Shown: positions 48,024 through 58,706, counted from the first letter of the stretch. The stretch is 64,000 nucleotides of DNA from Tissierellales bacterium (GCA_025210965.1 JAOAQY010000072.1:9837-73836); one strand, 5' to 3'. Notes: generated from the sequence alone by a model not told the origin. Numbers and translations are program-made.

Positions 48024-49055
48024 TTACCTCTTCATTATGTGTATATTATCAGGTTCTATGCTAAGCCCAATACTCATACCTTTGTCGTAATTATTCGTAG
48101 TGTGTATCATCCATTGATTTTCACCATCATCTGCGATTATTTCATAGTGTACTCCTTTGAAACTCTTTGAAATAATCTTAGCCTTCCACATACCTTCTGA
48201 ACTGGATACTATAAAATCTTCTGGCCTTATCACAACTTCTATATTCTCATTAGTTTCAAACCCTTTATCCACACACTCAAATTCTTTATTAGCAAAAAAT
48301 ACTTTATAATCACTCAGCATTATCCCATCTATAATATTGCTTTCGCCAATGAATTTTGCAACGAAATGATTCTCTGGCTCATTGTATATTGCCTCAGCTG
48401 TTCCCATCTGCTGTATCTTACCATCATTCATAACCACTATAGTATCTGACATTGTAAGTGCCTCTTCTTGATCATGTGTGACATATATAAAAGTTATGCC
48501 TAATTTTTGTTGCATCTTTTTTAGTTCTACTTGCATTTCTTTTCTAAGTTTTAAATCTAATGCGCCAAGAGGTTCGTCTAACAATAGTATTTCTGGTTCA
48601 TTTACTAATGCTCTAGCTATAGCTATTCTTTGCTGCTGTCCCCCACTTAAAGATTCAACACTTCTATTTTCATAACCTTCTAAATTAACTAATTTTAGCA
48701 TTTTATTAACGCGATCTTTAATCTCATTTTTAGGAATTTTCTTTATTTTAAGTCCAAATGCTATATTTTCAAAAATATTCATATGAGTAAATAATGAATA
48801 CTTTTGAAATACTGTATTTATTTGTCTTTTGTATGGTGGTACATCATTTATATTTTCCCCATTAAAAAGGATTTCTCCGCTCGTAGGTTCTTCAAAACCG
48901 CCAATCATCCTCAATGTCGTAGTTTTCCCACAACCACTTGGACCAAGTATTGTCATAAACTCATTGCGTCTAATAGACAAATTCAAATTTTCTATAATCA
49001 CATCGTTATCATAAACTTTTTTAACATTTTTCAATGCAATAATAGGGCATTTCAT
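48024..49055 (-). CDS. potA: Spermidine/putrescine ABC transporter ATP-binding protein
   Basis: [17 protein letters not shown] and LLLDEP, plus a C-terminal TOBE-like domain. Confidence 0.9.
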   Translation of the reverse strand: MKCPIIALKNVKKVYDNDVIIENLNLSIRRNEFMTILGPSGCGKTTTLRMIGGFEEPTSGEILFNGENINDVPPYKRQINTVFQKYSLFTHMNIFENIAFGLKIKKIPKNEIKDRVNKMLKLVNLEGYENRSVESLSGGQQQRIAIARALVNEPEILLLDEPLGALDLKLRKEMQVELKKMQQKLGITFIYVTHDQEEALTMSDTIVVMNDGKIQQMGTAEAIYNEPENHFVAKFIGESNIIDGIMLSDYKVFFANKEFECVDKGFETNENIEVVIRPEDFIVSSSEGMWKAKIISKSFKGVHYEIIADDGENQWMIHTTNNYDKGMSIGLSIEPDNIHIMKR

Positions 49056-49079
49056 CTATCATCCTCCATTCATAATTGT

Positions 49080-49610
49080 TTAAAAATTAGGTGGGGTTGA
49101 AACCCACAATATGACAGCTTTTTTCTTCCATTTGTTTTCTAAAATATGATCTACTTTAGCTGTAAAATAAAAACACTCACCCTTTTTTAGTTCATAATCT
49201 TTTTTGCCATATCTAAGCAATAGTTTGCCAGAAAGCACATAACCAAATTCTTCTCCTTCAAATGGCTCTATTTTTTTGTAGGATTTTTCTGGTTCAATTT
49301 CAAGCAAAATCGGTTCCATTTTATTCTTTTGTGCATTACTAATTAACCACTTTATTTTATAATTTTTTTCTTCTTGCTCAAAGATATCATCTTGAGTAAA
49401 AACAATCTTATCATCTACTACCGAAAAAAATTCAGTTGGTGTTGTCCCCAAACAATCCAATAAATCTATAAATGTGGAAATTGATGGAGATGTTAAGTTT
49501 CTCTCAACTTGTGAAATAAAGCCCTTTGTCAAATCACACCTATTTCCTAACTCCTCTTGAGTCAACATATTCATTTGTCTCAAAGCCTTTAGTTTCTTAC
49601 CTATATCCAC
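49080..49610 (-). CDS. XRE-family HTH regulator with C-terminal cupin domain (PuuR-like)
   Basis: N-terminal HTH LTQEELGNRCDLTKGFISQVER. C-terminal cupin GEEFGYVLSGK...FYF. GTG start 8 nt after AAAGGAG. Confidence 0.85.
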   Translation of the reverse strand: MDIGKKLKALRQMNMLTQEELGNRCDLTKGFISQVERNLTSPSISTFIDLLDCLGTTPTEFFSVVDDKIVFTQDDIFEQEEKNYKIKWLISNAQKNKMEPILLEIEPEKSYKKIEPFEGEEFGYVLSGKLLLRYGKKDYELKKGECFYFTAKVDHILENKWKKKAVILWVSTPPNF

Positions 49611-49709
49611 AAATCAGACTCCTTTTCATCCTATTTTTTCAAATTTACACGTGTTTTTGGTTAAAAAAAAGCAAATTTTTACCTCGGTAAAAAACCGAGG
49701 TAAAAGACT

Positions 49710-49991
49710 TTACATACGACTAGCATAAACAAAATTCATATCTCGTCCGTCTTCGTATTCATTTATGAAAGTCTCAATTTTCTCTAATTGTTCATCTGAT
49801 GCTTTTTTTACATCTGCATCTGAATATATTTTTAACTCTTCAAAAATATATTTGAATAACGGAATATATATGTTTGCATATTCCTCTCCCAAAATCTTAT
49901 CCAGCTCAGCCTTGAAATATCTTAAATTGTAGATATTTTCCTCTTTTATTTTATCCGCGATCGCTTTCAATTGTTCCATAGTAATTTGCAT
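49710..49991 (-). CDS. Small acidic hypothetical protein
   Basis: 93-aa ORF. ATG 49991 follows TGGAGGTG. No recognisable motif. Confidence 0.4.
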   Translation of the reverse strand: MQITMEQLKAIADKIKEENIYNLRYFKAELDKILGEEYANIYIPLFKYIFEELKIYSDADVKKASDEQLEKIETFINEYEDGRDMNFVYASRM

Positions 49992-50248
49992 ACGGCACCT
50001 CCAAATGTTTATCATAGCAAAACTTTAAGTTTATTCTTACTAAACTTCATGCTTAATTATTATACCATTTCCCCTAAAAAATTCAATACTTCTAGTCGAT
50101 ATTTTTTCCTTTCTTATAAATTTCTTATATTTGCATTCTTTTTGATTCCTTTTTTGAATGCTGTGGTATAATATCGAATAGAAATTATTATGTGCTAGCT
50201 AGTAAATTTTGCTATCACAATACTATCTAGATGAAAGGAGGTAGCGCT

Positions 50249-50689
50249 ATGATGACCTTTCCATATTATATAGCATGGCTTGTTCTTGCGGTTATACTAG
50301 CGATAATAGAATTGCTTAGCCTAAACCTCACCACTATTTGGTTTGCTTTAGCTGCTTTAATTAGTTTCTTTGTTGCACTAACTGGCTTGAGTACCATGGT
50401 TCAAATTGTCGTATTTTTAATAACTTCAATACTTCTACTTATATTTACAAAACCTTTTGTACAAAAATATCTTAAAGTTGGTAGTGAAAAAACAAATATA
50501 GACAGCTTAATTGGTAAAGAAGCTCTGGTAAAGGAAGATATCAACAATATCGAAGCTCAGGGTCTCGCATATATAAATGGGCAAACTTGGACTGCAAGAA
50601 ACATTGTCGATCAAGTAGTCCCAGCTGGTACTATCGTAATTGTAGAAAAAATTGAAGGTGTCAAATTAATAATAAAAGAAAAGGAGTGA
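50249..50689 (+). CDS. NfeD-family membrane protein
   Basis: Three N-terminal TM segments plus a C-terminal OB-like domain (GKEALVKEDI...AYINGQTWTARN). It lies immediately upstream of an SPFH gene. ATG 50249 follows AAAGGAGG. Confidence 0.85.
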   Translation: MMTFPYYIAWLVLAVILAIIELLSLNLTTIWFALAALISFFVALTGLSTMVQIVVFLITSILLLIFTKPFVQKYLKVGSEKTNIDSLIGKEALVKEDINNIEAQGLAYINGQTWTARNIVDQVVPAGTIVIVEKIEGVKLIIKEKE

Positions 50690-50695
50690 TTTTAA

Positions 50696-51589
50696 ATGGC
50701 AGGTCTTATTTCAACAATTGTACTTATTCTTTTAGTATTAGGTTTAGTAGTATCTAATATAAGAATAGTTCCTCAAGCTAATGCTTTTATCATTGAACGG
50801 TTAGGTGGTTACAAAGGTACTTGGAGCGTTGGTCTTCATGTAAAAATTCCTTTTATTGATTCTGTAGCTAATAAAGTTTCTTTAAAGGAACGTGTAGTTG
50901 ACTTTCCACCTCAACCTGTTATCACAAAAGATAACGTAACAATGCAAATCGACGCTGTAGTCTACTATCAAATTACTGATCCAAAACTTTATACTTATGG
51001 CGTTGAACGACCACTAGCTGCTATAGAAAACCTTACAGCTACTACATTAAGGAATATCATTGGTGAATTAGAATTGGATGAAACACTTACATCTAGAGAT
51101 ACTATAAATACTAAAATGCGTAGTATATTAGATGAAGCTACAGATCCATGGGGTATTAAAGTAAACCGTGTAGAACTTAAAAACATAATTCCACCAGCTG
51201 AAATTCAAGATGCAATGGAAAGACAAATGAAAGCTGAGCGTGAAAGAAGAGAATCTATACTTAGAGCTGAAGGTGAGAAACGCTCTGCTATCCTTAGAGC
51301 TGAAGGTAAAAAAGAATCTGCTATTCTAGAAGCCGAAGCATCTAAAGAAGCTGCTATAAGAGAAGCTGAAGGTCGCGCAGAAGCAATTTTAAAAGTACAA
51401 GAAGCAACTGCGACTGGACTAGAAATGATTAAACAAGTAGGTGTAACTCAACCAGTACTGACTTTAAAGAGTTTAGAATCTCTTGAAAAAGTTGCAGATG
51501 GACAAGCTACTAAATTAATAATTCCGTCAGAACTTCAAAGCATGGCTGGACTTGCTAGTAGCCTTACTGAAATTCTTAAAAAAGATTAA
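50696..51589 (+). CDS. SPFH/Band-7 (stomatin/QmcA-like) protein
   Basis: TM anchor, then the SPFH core IVPQANAFIIERLGGY...VVYYQITDP, then an A/E-rich coiled coil. Confidence 0.92.
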   Translation: MAGLISTIVLILLVLGLVVSNIRIVPQANAFIIERLGGYKGTWSVGLHVKIPFIDSVANKVSLKERVVDFPPQPVITKDNVTMQIDAVVYYQITDPKLYTYGVERPLAAIENLTATTLRNIIGELELDETLTSRDTINTKMRSILDEATDPWGIKVNRVELKNIIPPAEIQDAMERQMKAERERRESILRAEGEKRSAILRAEGKKESAILEAEASKEAAIREAEGRAEAILKVQEATATGLEMIKQVGVTQPVLTLKSLESLEKVADGQATKLIIPSELQSMAGLASSLTEILKKD

Positions 51590-51592
51590 AGA

Positions 51593-51616
51593 AGAGAGCC
51601 CTTGGCTCTCTTTTAT
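51593..51616 (+). terminator. Intrinsic terminator
   Basis: AGAGAGCC-CTT-GGCTCTCT followed by TTTTAT. Confidence 0.8.
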
Positions 51617-51767
51617 ATTGACAAAAAATAATCAACCAATTTATCTCATAAATATCATTTGATATTATCTAATTAATAATATATGATTAATAAGGAATTA
51701 CAATTTTAAGGTAAAAATAGTTCTTTATTTATATAATATGAGAACTAATTAATGGGAGGAAAATTAT

Positions 51768-53234
51768 ATGTATACTCGAAATCTTGCCATGTTGACTGAT
51801 TTTTACGAAATCACTATGGCTAATGGCTATTTCAAAAAAAATATGAAGGATAAAATTGTTTATTTTGACATGTTTTTTAGAAAAATTCCAGACCAAGGTG
51901 GTTTTGCTATCATGGCTGGTCTTCAACCCTTAATTGATTATCTCAACAATCTAGAATTTTCAGATGATGATATCGATTATCTAAAAAGCAAAAAAATGTT
52001 TTCGGACGAGTTTTTAGAGTATCTTAGAAATTTTAAATTTGAATGTGATCTCTGGGCAGTACCTGAAGGTACTCCAATATTCCCAAACGAACCTATCGTC
52101 AAAGTAAAGGGACCAATCATTCAAGCACAGCTTGTTGAAACAATGATTCTTTTGATTGTAAATCATCAATCATTAATAGCTACAAAAACAAATCGAATTG
52201 TTCGTGCTGCTCAAGGTAGACCGGTTATCGAATTCGGATCTAGACGTGCTCAAGGAGCTGATGCTGCTGTTGTAGGTGCAAGGTCAGCTTATATTGGCGG
52301 CGCTGTAGGCACTGCTTGTACTATAGCCGAACAACTCTATGGTATTCCAGCAGGTGGAACTATGGCTCATAGCTGGGTTCAGCTTTTTGACACTGAATAT
52401 GATTCATTCAAGGCTTATGCTGAGACATATCCTTCAAAATGCACATTGCTAGTTGACACTTATAATGTTCTGAAAAGTGGAGTTCCTAATGCCATAAAGG
52501 TTTTTGATGAAGTTTTAAAACCTCTTGGATTTAGACCTCAAGGCATCAGAATTGACAGTGGAGATATAGCATATCTATCAAAAAAAGCAAGAACTATGCT
52601 TGATGATGCAGGATATTCAGATTGCAAAATTGTCGTATCGAATTCACTTGATGAAGATATAATAAGAGATTTAATACTTCAAGATGCAAAAGTAGATACA
52701 TTTGGAGTAGGAGAACGATTAATAACAGCTAAATCTGAACCTGTCTTTGGTGGTGTATACAAATTAGTTGCTGTTGAAAAAGATGGCAAAGTTGTACCTA
52801 AAATTAAAGTAAGCGCTAATGTTGAGAAGATAACAACACCTGGTGCTAAAAAAGTATACAGACTTTACAATAAAGAAAATAACAAAGCTATTGCTGATTT
52901 AATAACTTTAGACCATGAATCTATAGACGATACAAAGCCATATATTCTTTTCAATCCAATTCATACTTGGAAAAGAAAAAAGCTTGACAATTTCTATGCT
53001 AAAGAGTTGCTAGTTCCCGTTTTTAAAAATGGAAAACAGGTTTATACATCTCCAGCAGTAAACGAAATCAGAGATTATTGTGAAAAGGAAGTTAATAGAC
53101 TTTGGGATGAAATATTACGTTTTGAAAATCCTCACAGATATTTTATCGATTTATCTTACGATTTATGGATAATGAAGCAATCACTTTTAAATGAACATTC
53201 CGAAGTTCAATTAAATACCACTTTTAATAAATAA
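51768..53234 (+). CDS. pncB: Nicotinate phosphoribosyltransferase
   Basis: Motifs LTDFYEITMANGYF, FGSRRAQG, GGTMAHSW and IRIDSGD. 488 aa. Confidence 0.92.
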   Translation: MYTRNLAMLTDFYEITMANGYFKKNMKDKIVYFDMFFRKIPDQGGFAIMAGLQPLIDYLNNLEFSDDDIDYLKSKKMFSDEFLEYLRNFKFECDLWAVPEGTPIFPNEPIVKVKGPIIQAQLVETMILLIVNHQSLIATKTNRIVRAAQGRPVIEFGSRRAQGADAAVVGARSAYIGGAVGTACTIAEQLYGIPAGGTMAHSWVQLFDTEYDSFKAYAETYPSKCTLLVDTYNVLKSGVPNAIKVFDEVLKPLGFRPQGIRIDSGDIAYLSKKARTMLDDAGYSDCKIVVSNSLDEDIIRDLILQDAKVDTFGVGERLITAKSEPVFGGVYKLVAVEKDGKVVPKIKVSANVEKITTPGAKKVYRLYNKENNKAIADLITLDHESIDDTKPYILFNPIHTWKRKKLDNFYAKELLVPVFKNGKQVYTSPAVNEIRDYCEKEVNRLWDEILRFENPHRYFIDLSYDLWIMKQSLLNEHSEVQLNTTFNK

Positions 53235-53263
53235 AAAATGGAGCCAATTGGCTCCATTTTTTG
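53233..53263. terminator. Bidirectional intrinsic terminator
   Basis: AAATGGAGCC-AATT-GGCTCCATTT with flanking A- and T-runs. Confidence 0.85.
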
Positions 53264-53264
53264 T

Positions 53265-54197
53265 TTACTTTCCTAAATACTCTTCATACGTCAAACCACT
53301 TTCATAAACCTTTGTTGCCAAGTCCACTCCTAAATATCTCAAATGCCATGGTTCATAATTATATCCTGTTATATCTGTCTTATCCTTTGGATATCTTACT
53401 ATAAACCCAAATTTATGGCAATTATCCGCAGTCCAAATTCCTTCAACAGTATCACCAAAGCTATATTTAAGTTGTCTTTTTACGCTATCTGCAGTTATAT
53501 CCATTGCTAAACCTGTTTGATGTTCGCTTTGTCCTGGTTTAGCGCTAAATTTGACAGCTTCATCATATCCATGATTTTTAACGTACCTATTGAATAATTG
53601 CACCTGTGTCTTATATGAACGGTATCCTGATCTTGCTATCAATGTTATGCCTTCTTCGCTAGCTTTTTTGAATAATCCCTCAAGAGCCTCTGATGCTTCC
53701 TTTCGCATTTTCATTTCACCAATTGCAAATGGCACAGATGGAATCACCAAATCTTTTGGCTCATAGTTCTCATCTAAAAAGTACTTTTTATTCACTAATA
53801 CGTCTAACGAATCTGGATTACTTACATTCCTCTCTGCATATTCGCCTTCTATAAAATCTAAAGTTTTTTCATCTAATTTACCATCATTATCAACAAATAA
53901 CTCGCTACTTTGTATTTCTTTTATGACATTTTGTGTAGATTCATCATAGTTTCCATCTACATCTAATTTATAGTTTAACTTTCTAAGTTTTTCTTGCAAC
54001 ACTTGTAAATCTTCTGATTCTAAATCAATTAGAACTCGCTCTTTTTCCTCAGGCATCTCTATATCACTTGTATCCACCTCTACAGTTTCTGCCACAAGAG
54101 GCGTCGTAGCATTTACTTCTTCTTGAGCTACCTCTTTTTGACACCCTACCAACATCAAACTAATACCTATCATTAAAATATAATATCTCTTTTTCAT
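53265..54197 (-). CDS. VanY/M15B-family D-alanyl-D-alanine carboxypeptidase lipoprotein with a peptidoglycan-binding domain
   Basis: Lipobox LVGC. PG_binding_1-like segment LQEKLRKLNYKLDVDGNYDESTQNVIKEIQ. Catalytic blocks SGYRSY, SEHQTGLAMDI and EPWHLRY. Confidence 0.88.
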   Translation of the reverse strand: MKKRYYILMIGISLMLVGCQKEVAQEEVNATTPLVAETVEVDTSDIEMPEEKERVLIDLESEDLQVLQEKLRKLNYKLDVDGNYDESTQNVIKEIQSSELFVDNDGKLDEKTLDFIEGEYAERNVSNPDSLDVLVNKKYFLDENYEPKDLVIPSVPFAIGEMKMRKEASEALEGLFKKASEEGITLIARSGYRSYKTQVQLFNRYVKNHGYDEAVKFSAKPGQSEHQTGLAMDITADSVKRQLKYSFGDTVEGIWTADNCHKFGFIVRYPKDKTDITGYNYEPWHLRYLGVDLATKVYESGLTYEEYLGK

Positions 54198-54250
54198 TTT
54201 CCCACCTCTTCACAAATAAATCGAAGAGGTTTCCCCCTTCGATTACTAGT

Positions 54251-55972
54251 TTACTCTATACTATATAGTTTGTCCATAACAGTTGTTTCTATTTGTTTTA
54301 GCTTTTCTTCGGCTTTCACCAAATCATCAGCTTTACTATACATATATATTTTTATTTTTGGTTCTGTTCCTGATGGCCTCACTGCATACCATGAGCCGTC
54401 ATCCAAATAATATTTTACAGCATTTGTTTTCGGAATATCCGTCAAACGCCTTTCATTATTTTTCACATCTACATCATCCGAAGTTCTAAAATCAACATAT
54501 CTCACAAGATTCATATCTTCGATTTGAATTGGATAGTCTTTTCTATATGATTCCATCATTCTCTTTATTCGCTCTGCCCCTTCAATACCCTCTAGAACAA
54601 GAGAAACTAAATTTTCCCTATAATACCCATGTTTTTCATACAAATCATCTAATACATCTAATAAGGTCTTTCCTTTTGTTCTATAATACGCAGCTGCTTC
54701 TGCTAAAAACATTGCCGAATTAACCGCATCTTTATCTCTAACTAAATCACCAACGCAGAAACCTATACTTTCCTCATATCCAAACATAAATTTGTATTCT
54801 TTAGTCGAATCCCATATATTTGCATAAGCAAATATATTTTTAAATCCAGTCAATGCTTCAAACATTTTCACACCATATGAATCACATATAGCCGTAGACA
54901 AATCCCCTGTAACTATTGATTTTACAATAGCAGCATTTGAAGGTAACGTTCCTTTTTCTTGATTAGCTTCCAATACATAATTTACTAATATAGCGCCAGT
55001 TTGATTGCCATTTAACGCCTTATATCCATTATCTATTTTAACTTCCACTGCAAGTCTATCACAATCAGGATCAGTAGCAATTAAAATATCAGCGCCAATT
55101 TCACTGCCAAATTCTTCTGCCAATTTAAAAGCCTTTACATCTTCCGGATTAGGATAACCAACTGTAGTAAAATCAGGATCTGGCATTTCCTGTTCTTTTA
55201 CTACATAGACATTTTCAAATCCTCTTTCTTTAAGTATTCTTCGAACTGGTTTATTTCCTGTTCCATTTAGCGGTGTATATACGATTTTCAAACTCTTGTC
55301 TATCTCAGCATCTCTTAGTGAAAGAGCTTTAGTTCTATCTATATATTCATCATCTATCTCTTTGCCTATTATATTTAGCAAACCTTTTTCAATAGCTTCT
55401 TCTTTTTCCATAATAGGAATTTTAGAAAAATCCTTTATCTTAAGGATATTTTCTGTAATAGCATCAGCTGTATCTGGTAAAATCTGAGCTCCTTCTTCCC
55501 AATACACTTTGTATCCATTGTATTCTTGTGGATTATGGCTAGCAGTAACTACGATTCCAGATATCGCATTTAATCTTCTAACTGCAAATGATAACTCGGG
55601 TGTTGGTCTTAATTCATCAAATAAATACGATTTTATTCCATTGGCATTTAACACTAATGCTGCAGTCTCTGCAAAAACATCTGAATAATGCCTGCAATCA
55701 TACGCTATAGCAACGCCTCTATTCATAGCCTCTTTACCTTTTGAGCAAATTAATTCAGCTAATCCTTGGGTCGCTCTAGCAACTATGTATTTATTCATTC
55801 TGTTTGTTCCTGCACCTATTTTACCACGTAACCCCGCCGTACCAAACTCTAATTCTTTATAAAATCTATCCTCTATTTCTTTCTCGTCCTTTGAAATTCC
55901 TCGTAATTCAATTCGAGTTTCCTCATCAAAAAAATCATTATTTAGCCAAAAATCATAACGTTCTTTATACAT
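54251..55972 (-). CDS. Phosphoglucomutase/phosphomannomutase (alpha-D-phosphohexomutase, PgcA-like)
   Basis: Active-site TASHNP, Mg-binding DPDCDR, and GYEESIG sugar-binding loop. Confidence 0.92.
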   Translation of the reverse strand: MYKERYDFWLNNDFFDEETRIELRGISKDEKEIEDRFYKELEFGTAGLRGKIGAGTNRMNKYIVARATQGLAELICSKGKEAMNRGVAIAYDCRHYSDVFAETAALVLNANGIKSYLFDELRPTPELSFAVRRLNAISGIVVTASHNPQEYNGYKVYWEEGAQILPDTADAITENILKIKDFSKIPIMEKEEAIEKGLLNIIGKEIDDEYIDRTKALSLRDAEIDKSLKIVYTPLNGTGNKPVRRILKERGFENVYVVKEQEMPDPDFTTVGYPNPEDVKAFKLAEEFGSEIGADILIATDPDCDRLAVEVKIDNGYKALNGNQTGAILVNYVLEANQEKGTLPSNAAIVKSIVTGDLSTAICDSYGVKMFEALTGFKNIFAYANIWDSTKEYKFMFGYEESIGFCVGDLVRDKDAVNSAMFLAEAAAYYRTKGKTLLDVLDDLYEKHGYYRENLVSLVLEGIEGAERIKRMMESYRKDYPIQIEDMNLVRYVDFRTSDDVDVKNNERRLTDIPKTNAVKYYLDDGSWYAVRPSGTEPKIKIYMYSKADDLVKAEEKLKQIETTVMDKLYSIE

Positions 55973-56073
55973 AGATTTTCCTCCTTTGATAATTATAAAT
56001 AAAGTCTAACACAATTCTGCAAACATTCCAATAATACCCAATTATTTTTAATCCAAACTTAAAAATATTTAAT

Positions 56074-58365
56074 CTATTTCCAATGTTTGGGCAACAAATC
56101 ATAGTATTTCACTCTACCATATCTCTTATCTACAAGATACAAATCGCCTTTATCCGTTTCTGTTCTAATCAATCTACCTCCAGCTTGCAATACCTTGTTC
56201 ATCCCTGGATATATATAAGCATAATCAAAACCAGCACCGTATTGTTCCTCATAGTATTCCTTTAGTACATTTCTCTCATATGTTATCTTTGGCATGCCAA
56301 CTCCAACTACCATGACCCCAATTAGTTCTTCTCCTCTAAAGTCCACACCCTCTGAGAATAATCCGCCTATAACAGCTAAACCTAGTTTTCCACGTTCTTC
56401 ATTTATTTTCTTAAAGCTTTCTATAAAAACTGCTCTCTCGTCTTCTTTCATTCCACGATTTTGAATTACAATATCATGGCTTATTTTACCTAAATATGCC
56501 TCTAATTCATCTATATATTCGAATGATGGTAAAAAAACCAAATAATTTCCCATACTATCCTTGCACATATCATTTATCAATTTTGCAACCTCCGAATAAT
56601 AATATCTGCGCTCTTTATAATATGTTGATATGCTATTTACTACGTGAACATTTATATTCTCTCTATCAAATGGACTATCTAGTTGCATATGAAGTCCATC
56701 ATTTAGACCCAATAAATTTTTATAATATCGCATCGGTTTTAGCGTCGCTGAAAATAACACACTAGAGCACGCTCTTTCGTACATCCTTTCTAAAATTTTT
56801 GAAGTATCTAGACATTGACAATGGTATATAAGCTCATTTTTCTCTTCTAATTCTACCCTTGAAACATAAGTATCATCAAAATATTCATAAAGTCTCAAAT
56901 AGTCATGACATTTAAAATAAAAATCTAAAACTATATTATAATCTTTATTTATACGATTTTCTTGTAGCCATTTGTCTAGTGCTATTGTTATATTAAAAAA
57001 ATCGTAGTATAAAGCCTCTATATCAACCTCTATTATTTTTTCTAAACTATCCTCTTCTTGAAGTTCTCTTCTAAATTCAAGCATTTTTTCGTTAAGCTTT
57101 GAAATTTTGCTATAAACTCTCTTATTATACTTTCCAATAACTCTTCTAACTTCTAATATACTAGTCTTCTTAATATCAAAACTATACATATTTCTAGATC
57201 TCTCTATCAAGTTATGTACTTCATCAACCAAAAACACATATTGCCTTTCATCATCTTCAAAAAACCTTCTCAGGTAAGCTTTTGGATCAAATATATAATT
57301 ATAATCTCCAATTATAATATCCACCCAGAGTGATATATCAAGTTGCAATTCAAATGGGCACACATTGTATTTCAAAGCATACTCTACTATTTTTTCCCTC
57401 GTTATAGCAAAATTATGTTCTAATATATCTTCTCTAGCTTCTCCAACTCTATCATAATGTCCTTTAGCATATTTACATTTTTCAGGATTACATATAGTTT
57501 CTTCGTTTATACATACTTTATCTTTAGCTGTCAATGTTAGAAATTTAACTCTTGAACCAGAATCAAATAACTCATTCAATGTATCTTCTGCAACCTTTCT
57601 AACAATCCCTTTAGCTGTAACATAAAACACTTTGTCTAGTTTCATTGTAGATAGCGACTTAATTGCAGGAAAAAGCGTAGATATCGTTTTGCCAATTCCG
57701 GTCGGAGCTTCGACCAATATATTTTTTTTCTGTTCTATACTTCTATAAACGCCGACCATCAAATTTCGCTGACCCTTTCTGTATTTAGGGTAAATAAAAT
57801 CTAAATTTCTCAAACTTTCGTCTCTAATTGACTTATACTTATGAATCTTCTTTGCCCAAATTGCGTACTTTGACAATAATTCATCACAAAATTTCTTAAG
57901 TTTCTCAAATCTATATTCTCTCAAAAATGATTTTGTTTCTTCCGTTTCTACATTTACATATAGCAATTTTATTTTTATATTATCTAACTTATTTTCTTTC
58001 GAATACATATACCCGTACATTTTCACTTGTGCCCAATGATGCAAATTATACTTTTCGTCAATTTCATCTAAATCACTTTTTGTCGATTTTATTTCTTCTA
58101 TGACTATGCCCTCTTCTTCTTTCCAGATTCCATCTACTCTACCACTTATTTTGAATTTCATACCGTCAACTACTTCAAATGTTTCAATTCGTTCTTCTGA
58201 AATATAATTCTCATTTTTCGAAAAGTTTTTTTGTAATTTTTGATGAATTTTAGTACCTTCAAGTGCTCTCACACTACTTTTGTATCTCTGGTCAATATCA
58301 CCGCTCTCAAGGGTAAATTCTATTAATTGTCTAACTCCTAAATTAAATTCTATATCATAACTCAT
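56074..58365 (-). CDS. DinG/XPD(Rad3)-family Fe-S helicase with N-terminal PD-(D/E)XK nuclease-like domain
   Basis: N-terminal GRVDGIW...VIEEIKST (D...ExK). Helicase motif I EAPTGIGKT and DEAH-like VDEVHNL. Cys cluster CINEETICNPEKC...CPFE between motifs I and II. C-terminal FSEGVDF and QAGGRLIR. Confidence 0.8.
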   Translation of the reverse strand: MSYDIEFNLGVRQLIEFTLESGDIDQRYKSSVRALEGTKIHQKLQKNFSKNENYISEERIETFEVVDGMKFKISGRVDGIWKEEEGIVIEEIKSTKSDLDEIDEKYNLHHWAQVKMYGYMYSKENKLDNIKIKLLYVNVETEETKSFLREYRFEKLKKFCDELLSKYAIWAKKIHKYKSIRDESLRNLDFIYPKYRKGQRNLMVGVYRSIEQKKNILVEAPTGIGKTISTLFPAIKSLSTMKLDKVFYVTAKGIVRKVAEDTLNELFDSGSRVKFLTLTAKDKVCINEETICNPEKCKYAKGHYDRVGEAREDILEHNFAITREKIVEYALKYNVCPFELQLDISLWVDIIIGDYNYIFDPKAYLRRFFEDDERQYVFLVDEVHNLIERSRNMYSFDIKKTSILEVRRVIGKYNKRVYSKISKLNEKMLEFRRELQEEDSLEKIIEVDIEALYYDFFNITIALDKWLQENRINKDYNIVLDFYFKCHDYLRLYEYFDDTYVSRVELEEKNELIYHCQCLDTSKILERMYERACSSVLFSATLKPMRYYKNLLGLNDGLHMQLDSPFDRENINVHVVNSISTYYKERRYYYSEVAKLINDMCKDSMGNYLVFLPSFEYIDELEAYLGKISHDIVIQNRGMKEDERAVFIESFKKINEERGKLGLAVIGGLFSEGVDFRGEELIGVMVVGVGMPKITYERNVLKEYYEEQYGAGFDYAYIYPGMNKVLQAGGRLIRTETDKGDLYLVDKRYGRVKYYDLLPKHWK

Positions 58366-58384
58366 AAAACTCTCCTCATCCCAA

Positions 58385-58420
58385 TCAAAAATAGAGGGTA
58401 GTAAAAATTCTACCCTCTAT
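58385..58420 (-). terminator. Terminator-like hairpin about 20 nt upstream of the helicase start
   Basis: ATAGAGGGTAG-N8-CTACCCTCTAT, followed by TTTTTG on the minus strand. Confidence 0.65.
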
Positions 58421-58430
58421 CTCCTATTCA

Positions 58431-58625
58431 TCAAATAGCTCTAAATATCACTCCAAACAAAACTACTAGAAAAAGAATCACCATTCCTACGATCCATTTA
58501 ACATTTTTTTTGTTAAATATAAAGTTTAAATTATCTGTTCCCGGCGTATTTCCTTTTTCTTTCAACAACTCTTTTTTCTTTTTATTAAAATCTATAATTT
58601 TTATTGGCTTAGCGATGGTGATCAC
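58431..58625 (-). CDS. Possible small membrane protein (uncertain)
   Basis: 64-codon ORF with a C-terminal TM (WIVGMVILFLVVLFGVIF). The only start is a GTG directly abutting AGGAGG, so the spacing is poor. The ORF is followed by a terminator hairpin. Confidence 0.3.
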   Translation of the reverse strand: MITIAKPIKIIDFNKKKKELLKEKGNTPGTDNLNFIFNKKNVKWIVGMVILFLVVLFGVIFRAI

Positions 58626-58706
58626 CTCCTAGACTTCCTTCTTATTATTACTATACCCAATATTTGGTGGTTTCTTACATTAATAATAAAAGAAATTTAA
58701 TCTATT

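Noticed and set aside
51618-51666. TTGACA box and AATATCA-TT-TGATATT palindrome upstream of pncB, considered as a NiaR/NrtR operator
   Set aside because: The palindrome does not resemble the NiaR or NrtR motifs I know, and the TTGACA lacks a credible -10 at proper spacing. The evidence is too weak to report as a feature.
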